From the NCBI GenBank assembly GCA_038087875.1, contig JAXLNO010000438.1, positions 806,001 to 870,000 on the forward strand: a stretch of DNA of 64,000 nucleotides. The letters run 5' to 3'. Shown one piece after another: positions 37,161 through 50,432 of the stretch (positions within the stretch are counted from its first letter, which is position 1; each line of letters begins with the position of its first letter). The position numbers and the translations under genes are program-made. The stretch is from Malacoraja senta (Eukaryota). Below the pieces are notes generated by a model. It saw only the letters and a program-made list of their open reading frames with translations, was not told the DNA's origin and did not search any database.

Positions 37161-39340
37161 TGATTTTTAAAAATGTATATGACAATGATGCCAATCATCC
37201 CATTCCAACCACTCATTCCTCTTGACAAAATTATATCTGAAATATTGGTCATAAATTTGTTGCAAAAATGCTCCAAAATAAGGCTCAGAATGCACTAGAG
37301 AGCATCTAAAACTCAAGAGCTTCCAGGGCCCGCTAAAGGGCCCTGGACCCGGCCGCAAGGGACTTTGAGCTTCGCGCTTGTGATATGCGCTGCGAGCATT
37401 TATTTCACATAACATTTTTGTAATCCTACCATGCCACCCCCCTTTTTGAAAAGCTTTGTATGGACCTTGTGTATAATATTTTTGACACTGTCATAGGCCT
37501 TTCTTACATATGCTGTCACAACGCACTGTAGTCTCTAAACAACACCAGTAATTTTCCTTGCCCTCCATTTCAGAATAATAGTGTTTTAAACTGATAACGA
37601 CACTAGCACTGGCAATAAATAAAAAGCGCAGCTTTCCAGCCCTTATCTCATTGGTGACGCTCAGCTGCACATCGGTGTCAATCTGGTGGACTCTTCCATC
37701 TTCCTCTCGTCGTGGGAGTGGGGGATTGGGAGGGGCCACAGAAGTGGAAAAGCCTAGGGCCTCTCATCTAAATCCGGCCCTGGTCTCTGCGCATCCCTCT
37801 GCAATTTGATTCTCGACTTCCTCATCCACAGACCACAGTCTGTCCGTATTGGTGGAAATGTGTCATCCTCGATAACAATCAGCATGGGAGCACCTCAAGG
37901 CTGCGTGCTTAGCCCCCTGCTGTACTCACTCTATACTCATGACTGTGTAGCTGGACATAGTGCGAACTCCATCATCAAGTTCGCCGACGACACCACTGTT
38001 GTGGGACGAATCACTGATGGTGAGGAGTCAGAGTATAGAGGTGAGATCGACCGATTGACCAAATGGTGCCAGCACAATAACCTGCTTCTCAACACCAGCA
38101 AAACCAAGGAACTGATTGTGGATTTGGAAGGGGTAGGATAGGGACCCACAATCCCATTGGGTCAACAACTTCAAATTCCTGGGCGTGCATATTTCCGAAG
38201 ATCTTTCCTGGTCCCAGCACGCTGATGCAATTAAAAAGAAAGCACAACAGCGCCTCTACTTCCTGAGAAGATTACAGAGAGTCGGTATGTCAAATAGGAC
38301 TCTCTCGAACCTCTACAGGTGCACAGTAGAGAGCATACTGATTGGTTGCATCGTGGCTTGATTCGGCAACTTGAGCGTCCAGGAGCGGAAAAGAATGCAG
38401 AAAGTTGTGACCACTGCCCAGTCCATCATCGGCTCTGACCTCCCCACCATCGAAGGGATCTATCGCAGTCCCTGCCTCAAAAAGGCTGCCAACATCATCA
38501 AGGACCCACATCATGCTGGACACACACTCATCTCTCTGCTGCCATCAGGTAGAAGGTACAGGAGCCTGAAATCTGGTACATCCAGGTTCAGGAACAGCTG
38601 CTTCCCCACAGCCATCAGGCTATTAAACTCGCCATCAAAAAAACTCTGAACTATAACAGCCTATTGCACTTTATCTGTCTATTTATGTGTGTATATATAT
38701 GTTCTATGCTATATAGACACACTGAACTGTTCTGTATTTATGCTTACAATACTCTGTTGTGCTGCAACAAGCAAGAATTTCATTGTCGTATCTGGGACAC
38801 ATGACAATACACTCTCTTGACTTGACTTGACTGTGCTTCTCCCACAGTCTCCATGGCCAGCCTGATCCCTTTGCAAACACGTGCTGTGCTCCCAACAAAC
38901 ATTCCATTGCCATTCAGACTGCAGGACTGACTGTGGCTAATCTTTCAAGCTCAACCTCTTGAGCTACATTTCCATGCATATATACATATAGCATCCATTA
39001 TCTGGAACCAGGGATTTGGCCATCAATCATAGTGACTAAATATCAATTTGATAAGCTAGGAGAACAATCAATGGTGGTGGCTTAATGCATTTCTAACGTA
39101 GTCTTTAGTTTATGCTAGAATTTCCAGGGACTGAATTCACATCAGTTAAATGTTTTATGAATACACAATGGAGGGTGTTGCGGAAGAGCAGGGAAAACTG
39201 ACAGTATATTCTTGATGTCTGCTTTTAGTTGCAGGAGCACACTCTAGAAATTGCTGTCAGATGTAACCCACCGCCATGGTGAGTGCTGATAAATGCATGC
39301 ATTATCTTACTACATGCATTATCTTACTGCACAGTTAATA

Positions 39341-39669
39341 ATAATAATGGATTGGATTTATATAGCGCCTTTCTAATACCCAAGGCGCTTTACATCGCAT
39401 TATTCATTCACTCCTCAGTCACACTCGGTGGTGGTGAGCTACTTCTGTAGCCACAGCTGCCCTGGGGCAGACTGACGGAAGCGTGGCTGCTAATCTGCGC
39501 CTACGGCCCCTCCGACCACCACCAATCACTCACACGCATTCACACGCAGGCAAAGGTGGGTGAAGTGTCTTGCCCAAGGACACAACGACAGTATGCACTC
39601 CAAGCGGGATTCGAACCGGCTACCTTCCGGTTGCCAGCCGAACACTTAGCCCATTGCGCCATCTGTTCT
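39341..39669 (-). mobile_element. tRNA-headed CORE-type SINE with L2-like tail
   Basis: On the minus strand: B box GGTTCGAATCCC, CORE motif GTGTCCTTGGGCAAGACACTT, and tail GTAAAGCGCCTTGGG...AAAGGCGCTATATAAAT plus (ATT)n. TSD AGTTAATA at 39333-39340 and 39670-39677. Confidence 0.88.
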
Positions 39670-42320
39670 AGTTAATATGGTAATTCTGCAAACCTGCAGT
39701 CAACAGTGTAAGAAATTGACATTTTTTTTAAACAATTCCGTTTGTGCAACTTCTTTCATTGGTGATTATTTCTAGTTGTGTTACGATACAATGAAATTGT
39801 CAAATTTTTCCTTTTTTTATTTTTTATTTTTATAATCGGTTCAATATTGTTTTTCTTTAATAAATTAGAAAATGTTTGGAACTTCATTTCTTTAAAGAAC
39901 TCAACGTTAGCAAGTTACGTGCATGAAATGCTCATATAATTAGCAACGTCACTTAATTCATGTGGCAAGCAGGAAGCTCACGTGGAGTAATCCTTTTAGA
40001 TCATGACACACAATGACAAAAATAGAGGATTGCAAAGCTTCCTTTATTTTGTTTGTTTAAAAAAGGTTCCCTTAATACCATGCAGGCTGAACGCTGTATA
40101 TATTTATTGGTTTCCTCTAGAGAATCAAGTGGAATATTCCAATCTGAAATGAAAAGCCTTGAACCTTTTGGTGTTAATGATACTTTGATGTACTTCCTGA
40201 TAATTTTCTGCATTGCTATCTACTTTCTGAATCTGTTAATTTGTCAATTTGTTTATAGGTTTGGTAATATGGCTATTTCTATAGCTTTACTCAGCTGAAA
40301 GTTATCCAAAAGGAAACAGCTTGCGAATCAAAGCCAAAAGGTGGCAAGACATACGAATGTCTCCTTACCCACCGTGACAGTTTACTTAATTCTGAACGAG
40401 ATGTTTTGAGGTCTGCAATTCCATGCCTATCCAAGGAAATACATTGGGTTGTTGCTTTTGTCAGTTAAGGTTTTCTTTCTGTTTTGAAGTCTATACAAAG
40501 CCTGGACACCCAAAGACTCTAAGGGCTTGATATCAGATATAAGCTTTGTTTTTACCAAATTCTGGGTTTTACCTGAATTAGTATAATATCTTATCCAGGT
40601 AATTTCTGAATCAAAGGTTATTAAGTGAAGGGCTGTAACTGATGAAATGTGTTGTATTGATTTATTTGGCACTCCTTTCCAGCACCAGTCAAATTCATGG
40701 ATAGCCACAAAGTCTGTCAAAATCTTTAATGGGGTTGATCTTCCACAGGGAATCATCCACTTATACTAATGAATAAAGTTGTAACAGAGGCTCGGTATGC
40801 TGTACAAGTCTTCTTCTTCTTGCATATGGTGTGCACAGCCTAAAGTTGTAGGTCAAGGGTAGACATCCAGGCCAGGACAGCATCAGTTACTGGGTGACTG
40901 CACAAGTGACTGACATCCTGACATCTCAAAAGCTATTCTAGCAGCTACATGGCACAGGCCAGTGGTGTGATGGATTACTCTCATCTTGCATGGATGAGTG
41001 CAGCCACAACAATCAAGAAGCGTAATACCATCCAGGATAAAGAAAACTGCTTGATTAGCATTTCATCCATCTCGCTGTACCTTATTTTCCTCCACAACAG
41101 GCACAAAATACATGGCAGATCTCACTTAGGTTTCTCAGATAACAGTCCCAGTCAATAACTTCCACCTCCAATATGGTCAAAGGCAGTAGATGCAAGGGAA
41201 CATTACCACACACAGCATCCCAACTTCAAAACAAACCATTTCATCATTGTTAAGGTGTCAAAAACCATAGAATTCTACCCAATATAATTGTGCCAGCTGC
41301 ATAACCAGCAGGGCTGCACTGGTTCAAGGAGACAGATCGCCAATATCATCAAGGGATATTGAAGATGATCAATAAATGTTGACCTTTCACATTTCATAAA
41401 TTTGTAATTATAGAAACAATTAAAGCCTGGAAACTACAGATGCATTAAAGCAGAGTCAGCAGTAGAGAACTGAGACAGGAATGAAGACAGACAATGTTGC
41501 AGGGGTGAATGCTATGAGATGACGTAAGAATTTACAGTAACTGGTGAGCAAACATTGCCACTTCCCCCATTTAGTTTCCAAAAGCTGTTGTAAGGCAATT
41601 TACTGTAGGTGCATCCAAAGGGCACAATTTTGAATAGGGAACTGTCATATTTACTAATAAAAGCAAAGCAAAGAAAAAGCATTTATCGAGAGAAAATATT
41701 TTTTTAAAGTTCTCTTTTCAATTTGCACAAAAGTTAAAAGCTGAAGGAATGAGATTCTTTTCCTGAAAAGACAAATTCACAGTGGTCAAGAAGTCCTTCA
41801 GCAATAATGACATAATAGTTTCTACAAACATGGTATTTCAAATGAAATGGCACATCCTACTTTTCTGCTTCTTATCTCCAAAAGAAATTCAAGAAGTCCA
41901 TGCAGTTCATTACATGTGAATTGGGGTGCCAGGCAGAATTCCATATTCACATATATAGAATTGTTCTGCTACAGGTTTGGACATAATGGCATTACTTGAA
42001 TCGCAAGTCTTGAATTTTTGAGTTAACTGTAAATTCTGCACAGTTAAGACCTACCTCTCTAAATGTGTGAGTGAAAAAAATCCACATTAATGGAAGTAAG
42101 AATTTTGACAACCAATACTTGGTTTTATGCCGTCAATGCATATTGTTATAAATGCCATGTTAAGAAAATACACAAATGCATCAATATTTTGAAATGTAGG
42201 TAACAGTTTATTGAGTAATAAAGACAGAAATAGGGATTGCCAGGGAGATTTTATCAAATGTGAGATTCTTCAGTAGCTGATAGGTTTGATGTTTATGTAA
42301 TAGTTTTAAAAAGCAATAAA

Positions 42321-43000
42321 CTAGATTAGATTTTTATTCCTTGTCATTTGAACCTCAAAGAGGCTCAAACGAAACTCCGTTTCCACAGCCATACAAACCT
42401 AACAATTCCTACACGACACACAAACAATTCAATTTACAGAAAACATCTATCACAGTGAATCTCCTCCTCACTGTGATGGAAGGCAAAGTCTTTTCTCTCC
42501 CCTGCACCATTTTTCTCCCGATGTTGAAGCCCCAGGCGGGCAATGTTAAGTCCCACGGCCGTTGAGGCCGCGCCAGGCGGAAGTCACAAAGTTGGAGCCC
42601 CCGGCGGGCGCTGGAATGTCCCGCAGCCATTAAGCCGCGCCGGGCGATTTACGGCCCCGCTCCGGGTCGTTCCAACCCCGCGACACGGGCGGGAGAAGTT
42701 GCGTTGCGGGAGCTCCGGAAAGCAGTCTCTCACCCGGACCCGCGAGCTCCCGATGTCACAGTCCACGGGTCTGCAGCTGCAGCTGGAGCTCCGGAGTCGG
42801 GCCGCAGCAACGAGCCACCACCGCTCCCCACGCTCCGAGGACGGCCAGCCCCACGATGGTAAGTCCGCAGCTCCACAGGCTCCGCGACTGGAGCCCCCAG
42901 GTCGTCCCGGTCGGAGGCCGCTTCACGGAGCTAGGCCCCAACGACAACAGAGACCCGACAGGGAAAAGGTCGGGTCTCCCGTACAGGGAAGAGATTTTCA
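42321..43000 (-). mobile_element. CpG-rich non-autonomous retroposon with a Rex1-like 3' tail
   Basis: Tail TTTATT..TTGTCATT...AACGAAA resembles the Rex1 tails at about 33555-33615 and 46635-46680. The body has no RT motifs. Confidence 0.6.
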
Positions 43001-43249
43001 CTTTTGAAAAAAACCAACACAATCATATTTCATCTGGTAACTGAAATTAACAAAAGCAGTCAACATTATCAATTTTAAGCAACAGCAACAGCAACAACAC
43101 TAAGGTTGCGGCAAGCATCAAGCAATGAAGTCAGCAATGAGACAGTCCCATATCATGGGCTCAACCAAACAACATCAAGGTAGCTCCTTCACCAGGACTA
43201 CTTTGGATCAAAGAGGCAGATCACCACCACCATTAAGGGATATTGGGAT

Positions 43250-45530
43250 AGACAATAGACAATAGGTGCAGGAGTAGGCCATTCGGCCCTTCGAGCCAGC
43301 ACCGCCATTCAATGTGATCATGGCTGATCATCCCCAATCAGTACCCCGTTCCTGCCTTCTTCCCATATCCCCCGACTCTGCTATCTTTAAGAGCCCTATC
43401 TAGCTCGCTCTTGAAAGTATCCAGAGAACCAGCCTCCACTGCCCTCTGAGGCAGAGAATTACACAACTCACAACTCGCTGTGTAAAAAAATGTTTCCTCA
43501 TCTTCGTTCTAAATGGCTTACCTCTTATTCTTAAACAGTGGCCCCTGGTTCTGTACTCCCCCAACATCGGGAACATGTTTCCTGCCTCTAGACTGTCCAA
43601 ACCCTTAGTAATCTTATATGTTTCAATAAGATTCCCTCTCATCCTTCTAAACTCCAGAGTATACAAGCACAGCCGCTCCATTCTCTCAGCATATGACAGT
43701 CCTGCCATCTCGGGAATTAGCCTTGTAAACCTATGCTGCACTCCCTCAATAGCAATAATGTCCTTCCTCAAATTAGGGGACCAAAACTGCACACAATACT
43801 CCAGGTGTGGTCTCACTAGGGCCCTATACAACTGCAGAAGGACCTCTTTGCTCCTATACTCAACTCCTCTTGTTATGAAGGCCAACATGCCATTTGCTTT
43901 CTTCACTGCCTGCTGTACCTGTATGCTTACTTTCACTGACTGATGAACAATAACCCCCAGATCCCATTGTACTTCCCTTTTCCCAACTTGACACCATTTA
44001 GATAATAATCTGCCTTCCTGTTTTTGCTACCAAAGTGGATAACCTCACATTTATCCACATTAAACAGCATTTGCCATGCATCTGCCCACTCACCCAACCA
44101 GTCCAAGTCACCCTGCATTCTCATATCATTCTCCTCACATTTCACACTGCCACCCAGCTTTGTGTCATCTGCAAATTTGCTATCGTTACTTTGAATCCCT
44201 TCATCTAATTCTTTGATGTAAATTGTAAATAGCTGCGGTCCCAGCAACGAGCCTTGCGGTACCCCACTAGTCACTGCCTGCCATTCTGAAAGGGATCCGT
44301 TAATCCCTACTCTTTGTTTCCTGTCTCCCAACCAATTTTCTATCCATGTCAGCACTCTACCCCAATGTGCCCTAATTTTGCCCACTAATCTCCTATGTGG
44401 GACCTTATAAAATGGCTTTCTGAAAGTCTAGGTACACTACATCCCCTGGCTCTCCCTTGTCCATTTCCTAGTTACATCAAAAATATTCTAGAAGATTAGT
44501 CAAGCATGATTTCCCCTTGGTAAATCTATGCTGACTCGGACGGATCCTGTTACTGCTATCCAAATGTGTCGCTATTCATCTTTTATGATTGACTCCAGCA
44601 TCTTCCCCACCACTGATGTCAGGCTAATTGGTCTATCATTCCCTGTTTTCTCTCTCCCGCCTTTCTTAAAAAGTGGGATAACATTAGCTACCCTCCAATC
44701 CACAGGAACGGATCCTGAATCTATAGAACATTGGAAAATTATCACCAACGCGTCCACGATTTCTAGAGCCACTTCCTTAAGTACCCTGGGGATGCAGACC
44801 ATCAGGCCCTGGGGATTTATCAGCCTTCAGTCTCATCAGTCTACCCAACACCATTTCCCTGTCTAATGTGGATTTCCTTCAGTTCCTCCATCACCCCAGA
44901 TCCTCTGGCCACTAGTACATCAAGAAGATTGTTTGTGTCCTCCTTAGTGAAGACGGATCCAAAGTACCTGTTCAACTCATCTGCCATTACCTAGTTCCCC
45001 ATAATAAATTCACCTTTTTCAGTTTTCAAGGGTCCAACTTTGGTCTTAACTATTTTTTTCCTCTTCACATAACTAAAGAAGCTTTTATATCCTCCTTTAT
45101 ATTCTTGGCTTGCTTACCTTCGTACCTCATCTTTTCTCCCCGTATTGCCTTGTTAGTTATCTTCTGTTGCTCTTTAAACATTACCCAATCCACTTGCTTC
45201 CCGCTCATCTTGCTACATTGTACTTCTTCTCTTTTATTTTTATACTGTCCCTGACGTCCCTCGTCAGCCACGGCCGCCCCTTACTCGGCTTGGAATCTTT
45301 CTTCCTCTTTGGAATGAATTGATCCTGCACCTTCTGTATTATTCCCAGAAATACCTGCCATTGTTGTTCCACTGTCATCCCTGCCAGGGTATCCGTCCAG
45401 TCAATTTTGGCCAGCTCCTCCCTCAAGGCTCCATAGTCCCCTTTATTCAACTGTAACACTGACACCTCCGATTTACCTTCTCCCTCTCCAATTGTAGATT
45501 AAACCTAATCATATTATGGTAACTACCTCC
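43250..45530 (-). mobile_element. CR1 LINE, 5'-truncated ORF2 with frameshifts
   Basis: RPISLTSVVGK, SGVPQGS, KFADDTK, VRPHLEYCVQFW, then the 3' UTR and (TCTATTG)n tail. Confidence 0.95.
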
Positions 45531-46614
45531 TAGTGACAAAGAGTGGTGGATAGGATCACTAGCCCATTTTAGAGATATTGGGATGAGGGGAGAAGAGGGT
45601 AGCATGGTGGATGAGATACAAATCAAGTACTTTGCTATGTCATGTTAACCTTCTTGAGAGTTGCACTTATCCATGCCAATGAAGCATCATATCGAAATGC
45701 TTTGCTACAAGAACATGAGAAACGCATCACAAAATATTCAGTAACTGAACTACTCTTATTCCTGCAGCATTTTGGTGGCTAGCCCAACTGAGCTTCCAGC
45801 TAAAGGCAACCCCCAGTATGTTGATAATAGGGTGTTAATGTTGTTGAATATCAAGAATAGGTAGTTAGGCTCGCTCTTGTTAAAGATACCCATTTACCCC
45901 AAACCAGATCAGTCTGAAGAAGGGTTTCGGCCCGAGACGTTGCCTATTTCCTTCGCTCCATAGATGCTCAAGCACCTGCTGTGTTTCTCCAGCATTTTTG
46001 TGTACCTACCCCAAACCTAACTGTTGACTACCTCTTGATACATGCAAGCATGGATTGATTCATTTACTGAGGAGTTGTGAATGGCATTGAACATTGTGCA
46101 ATGTTAGTAGGCATTCCCACCAGCACCTATGGTGATAGGAAGGTAGACAAAAATGCTGGAGATATTCAGCGGGTGAGGCAGCATCTATGGAGTGAAGGAA
46201 TGGGTGACGATTCGGGTCGAGACCCTTCTTCAGACTGATAGGAATGTTACTGACAAAGCAGGTGAAGATATTTGGGCATAAGACACCACCCACATAATTT
46301 GCCAAGACCTTTGATGTGGACACCATCATCATGATGATGATTTTGTGCTGTCACATTAAGAATGTTTTCAAATTCCAGGAAATTGAGGCAATGTTTTCTG
46401 CAAATGTTGTTTTCAGTAACTTGGAGATCTGGCCTTCTGAATAAAATAAATGTATTTTATTTCTTCAAAATTAAAATCAACAGTTTGGATAAGCTCCATT
46501 TCAGTCATGCTAGAACCATGATACAATGTTTACTCAGTGTTGCATCCCACTTTTACAGAGAGCCCCTGTGATCCTCATGCACATTCTTTGGCTTGTATCA
46601 GCCAAATGGGTAAT

Positions 46615-47186
46615 GTAATCAATCAAACAAATACGTTTATTGTCATTGCACAACAACTGTACAACGAAATTTCATTGCATCCCCTTCAGTGGTATACATA
46701 GAAGACACGAGATAAAGATTAAAAGAACAAAAACACAAACAACCATTGACTCTCATATACCGGCAAGATCGGTAAATGAAATTAATTAAATTAAATTAAT
46801 AAATAAATAATATAAATATTTTAAAAAATATTGCGCATTATATAACCCCACGCATAGTGTTGTGTTGCCAGCAGTGTTATCTATTTGAGTTTAGTTCTTT
46901 AATGGCACGTGGGTAGAAACTGTTAATTAGTCTACAAGTGCAGGCCTCCCAGAGGGCAGTAGAGTGAAAAGGTGGTTGGCGGGGTGGGATGTGTCCTGTT
47001 TGATGTTTGTGGCCAGGCGTAAACATCGGGCCCTGTAAATGTCGTCCAGGGAGGGTAGCTGAGCATTTGTGATGCTCTGTGCTGTTTTCATAACTCTCTG
47101 TAGTGCCTTCCTTTCAGCCACAGTGCAGCTAGCAAACCACACCAGGATGCCATAGGAGAGGATGCTTTCCACGACACACTGGTAGT
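46615..47186 (-). mobile_element. Rex1/Babar LINE 3' fragment
   Basis: YYQCVVESILSYGILVWFASC...LFTLLPSG and an (ATTG)n-like tail. Confidence 0.85.
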
Positions 47187-48451
47187 AATCACTTGTATAA
47201 CGAAAAGCAAAAGACAAAGGTACATATTTATTTAAGAAAGATCATGCAAAAAGGTTTATTAACCTAATTTCACAAGAAGGGGAAATTTATTTGGATGAGT
47301 GATGAATTTTGTCAATTGTGGATTTTGGGATATACGTATTGTGGCTTTAAAAATAATACACAAATTGCACTATATACACTCCAGCTCTTACTTCCTAACA
47401 AGAAGTTTAAAAATTAGCTCCATCAGAATATTTTCCTTACCTGTGAGAAAATGTATTCAACATAAAATTTACTTGATGCCTTTCCTGAGGATAATAACAT
47501 TTTAATAACCAACCTGCCAGTGGAATTGCAAACATTGATATGTTACAATTACTTCACTATACAGAGGCGGGAATAGAAAGACCATGCAAATAGGACGTGA
47601 TTTTTAAATATTCACAAAATAAATAGTTGCAGATCTAGCACCAAGGTCTATTCAGATTTATTCTCTACTTTCCTCTCTCAGCCTTTGCGCTGAGTAAATT
47701 ATCTTTATCTCAACTCAACTGCTTACCCTCTTCCTCAAAGTTACTCCCCACATTTTACTCCCCAAATCTCTCACTGCATATTTAACTCATAGTTCCATAT
47801 TCATGGCCACCCCTTGATCGTGCCATCACCCAGAGCCTTTCTACTTATCATGCATTTGTTTGCTGGCTCTTACTCTAACAATGCCTCAGTCTTAAAATGC
47901 TTATCTTCTTCTGTCTCTGTGCCCTCTTAGTGCTGGCTGATTTTAACCCTTGTGTTTTTATTAAAATATGAATTACTTCACTATTGGTGGCTTAACTTTC
48001 AACTGCCGATGTAATCTCTGGAATTCTGTCCCCTAAAACTATCTCTCCTCTTTAATTCATTCCTTGGAACTTTCGGTCAAACATTTACCAGTCCTGACTT
48101 CCCTTCCCGTAGCCCAATGTCAAATGTGGTTTAGATTTTAGTTGATTGTTTGCTGTGCTAGGTATCTTGGGATGTTTTCATTATATTATAAAATTGCAAA
48201 TCGTGTTAAAATATTTCTACATTGAAATATGCTTGTTGAATATAAAGTAGCTGATAATTAATTACATACAACATAATTTACATTTCAAATTTACGTCATT
48301 GTCATTGGGAGGTCAGTGAATAAAATGTTATATTGCCAAACAAAGGTTGCATACAATCTTCACTGTAAATACAAGTATATTGGGCCATGTGGTGCTCATC
48401 CAATTTACCACATGTGCTTGGCCTCCATATTAATGCTGTGACCATTCTTAC

Positions 48452-48848
48452 CTGTTGTGGCAGTTGTAGGATTCATTGCACTGGAGGTCTCCATTGCACT
48501 GAGATTCGTTCGAAAGATGGAGTGTGCCATGCATGATGACTAGATCACAGGAAGCAGGGTCCACCTCAAAACCTCCCAACATCCCATGGCTGCTCACCCC
48601 TCTTTTCACTATGTTATAATATTCAAACAACATTTAACTGGGTGTAAATAATTGTAAGTGTTACGTGAACTGACGTGTGGGTACTGTGCATCCTGACCTT
48701 CAACTTTGCACACAAAATCATCTGCAGTAGCCCCGAGATCTGACATTGAGCAGGTTTCTGACTTTTGATTGCATTTTACAGATGCAGAAGATGATGAGGT
48801 GCTGAACAGTTTAGGACAGACATTTGGTGCTTCACCCACAGAATCAAC
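48452..48848 (-). other. Candidate exon of the minus-strand host gene
   Basis: Non-repetitive block bounded by acceptor TTTATAG| (48849-48850) and donor CAG|GTAAG (48447-48451). Contains in-frame ATGs giving METSSAMNPTTATT plus 1 nt. Confidence 0.45.
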
Positions 48849-49124
48849 CTATAAATCAGTGGTTGATGTGCTCCACTAGCATAGATATGTCTTATCAAAC
48901 AGCAAGAATTTACTTTCTTCCTGTGAACTCGGTCTCATTTTTAAATTACAGAATATCGAATCTCAAAGAGTTCACATTTGTGAAAAATCTAGAATAAATA
49001 ATTAATTGGATTAAAAACTTCATACAGATCATAAATTTCTAAGTAATTAAAGATGTCACAAACAGTTTTGATATGATTGATGACAGAAAATATCTGTCAT
49101 CAATCACTGTGTGTGTGTGTGTGT

Positions 49125-49206
49125 GTTGGTGGAGAGGTGGAATATTGCGTTGGGGGACCAGCCCTCCCGTGTGAAACTGGGACCCAACGGGTTCCACTTA
49201 GTCTAG
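49125..49206 (+). mobile_element. Isolated Helitron 3' terminus
   Basis: Near-identical to 8607-8682, including the hairpin and CTAG|T at 49203-49207. Confidence 0.85.
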
Positions 49207-50432
49207 TAGTTATATATAAATGAATCAAATGTCAGTTAGAGGCATTGCCAAATATCTTCTAGCACTGAATCTCTTATAACTGCATGAATTTCTGGGATGT
49301 GATTGTTCCTGTAAATTCTCCAGTGAAACACAAGTTATTTTGAAACACTGCCGAAACATTGTTCAGCTACAATAACACGTTCTAAAATTGACATAATATT
49401 AAAATATAAGTTTCATTTATTTCAGGACTTGAGCCAAACAACATGCTTAAAATGATACACCAGTGATAGTGATATGTTGACATTTATTTTATATCAGATA
49501 TTTTTAAATAGGAAGAAAAACATGGCCAAACATGCAAAAGTAGTGGGGTTTTCTAAACAAAATAATACATCCCGGGTGATCCAAATGTTACACTGAGCAA
49601 TAATGTCATGAGCCTATGTTATGATTTCTGCATGAAATCATAACATCTGCAAAATCTGAGACAAATTAAGTTCATTAAGGTCAAAGCAACTGATTTTTGA
49701 TGGCAGAATCTTTCAAATTTTCAGAATCACAAAATTTAATGGTCTCAAATGATAGCTTACTATTTTTTCTTCTTTTTTTCAAACATAGATTTGATTTACT
49801 TTAAAAAGTTATCGTTGAATCTGCATTACAGCCAATTAATTCCAAATCATGATTCAAACTCAAGGCATTAAAACAACTCCTCCTTTCTCCCCTGGCTCTT
49901 CTGCTAATTAACGTTGCCATTCTCAGAATATTCCTGGCGTAAATTACTCTATCAAAAAGTTTGAATACCACTACCAAATCTCTCCTTCATAATCACTTTA
50001 CATGGTTAACAATCCAGACCATATATTGGAAAACTCTGGTGCTTTGTTGGTAAATATTACCAAAAGCCATTTCAAAGTTTTGATGTTCTCCTCAAAGTGC
50101 AATACATAGGTTTAGACCACAACACCCCAATTAAGGACTAACCAATAATTTATTAAAGCTTTAGCTTAATTTCCTTGTTTTGTTTTGTATTTTCAGCATC
50201 AAAAGCAAAAAGCATACCAATGCATTATTAACAAGTTTTAAGTCAGCAAGATAATTCATTTTCTGTACTACACAGCCTTTTTGCACTTTGATTCAGCATT
50301 ATTGACAGATCTGTTTCTGATCTAGAAATTGGATATCATTGCAGCCAATGTACCAAAACACTTCATTTTCAGGCAACTATGTAGCTGTACTCCTTAGATA
50401 AGGGCTCTACCATTCACTGTGAAGGTCCGAAC

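Larger units (their letters stand above)
33092..37782 (+). mobile_element. Non-autonomous hAT-type DNA transposon containing two nested LINEs and a captured exon
   Basis: TIRs CAGGACCGGATTTA and TAAATCCGGCCCTG. Perfect 8-bp TSD GTCTCTGC at 33084-33091 and 37783-37790. Subterminal AAGC(C/T)TAGGGCCTC repeats. Confidence 0.9.
32336..38831 (+). mobile_element. Rex1/Babar LINE split by a hAT insertion (32336-33091 and 37783-38831)
   Basis: RT reads KAPGPDG...NDYRPVALT...[18 protein letters not shown] up to the hAT, then resumes ...[10 protein letters not shown]...KFADDT...[10 protein letters not shown] with a (CTTGA)n tail. Confidence 0.92.

Noticed and set aside
39590..39669. tRNA gene
   Set aside because: The A/B boxes belong to a SINE head continuous with a CORE domain and LINE-like tail.
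40860..41400. Possible coding exons in GC-balanced stretches (also about 22560-22930, 45540-46330, 60560-61700)
   Set aside because: They show decayed CR1/L2/SINE motifs and are ancient repeats too degraded to delimit confidently.
47441..47484. 44-nt minus-strand exon candidate (CCTCAG|...CAG|GTAAGG), and similar candidates at about 40370-40425 and 58528
   Set aside because: The splice signals are plausible but expected by chance in 60 kb, and there is no recognisable peptide.
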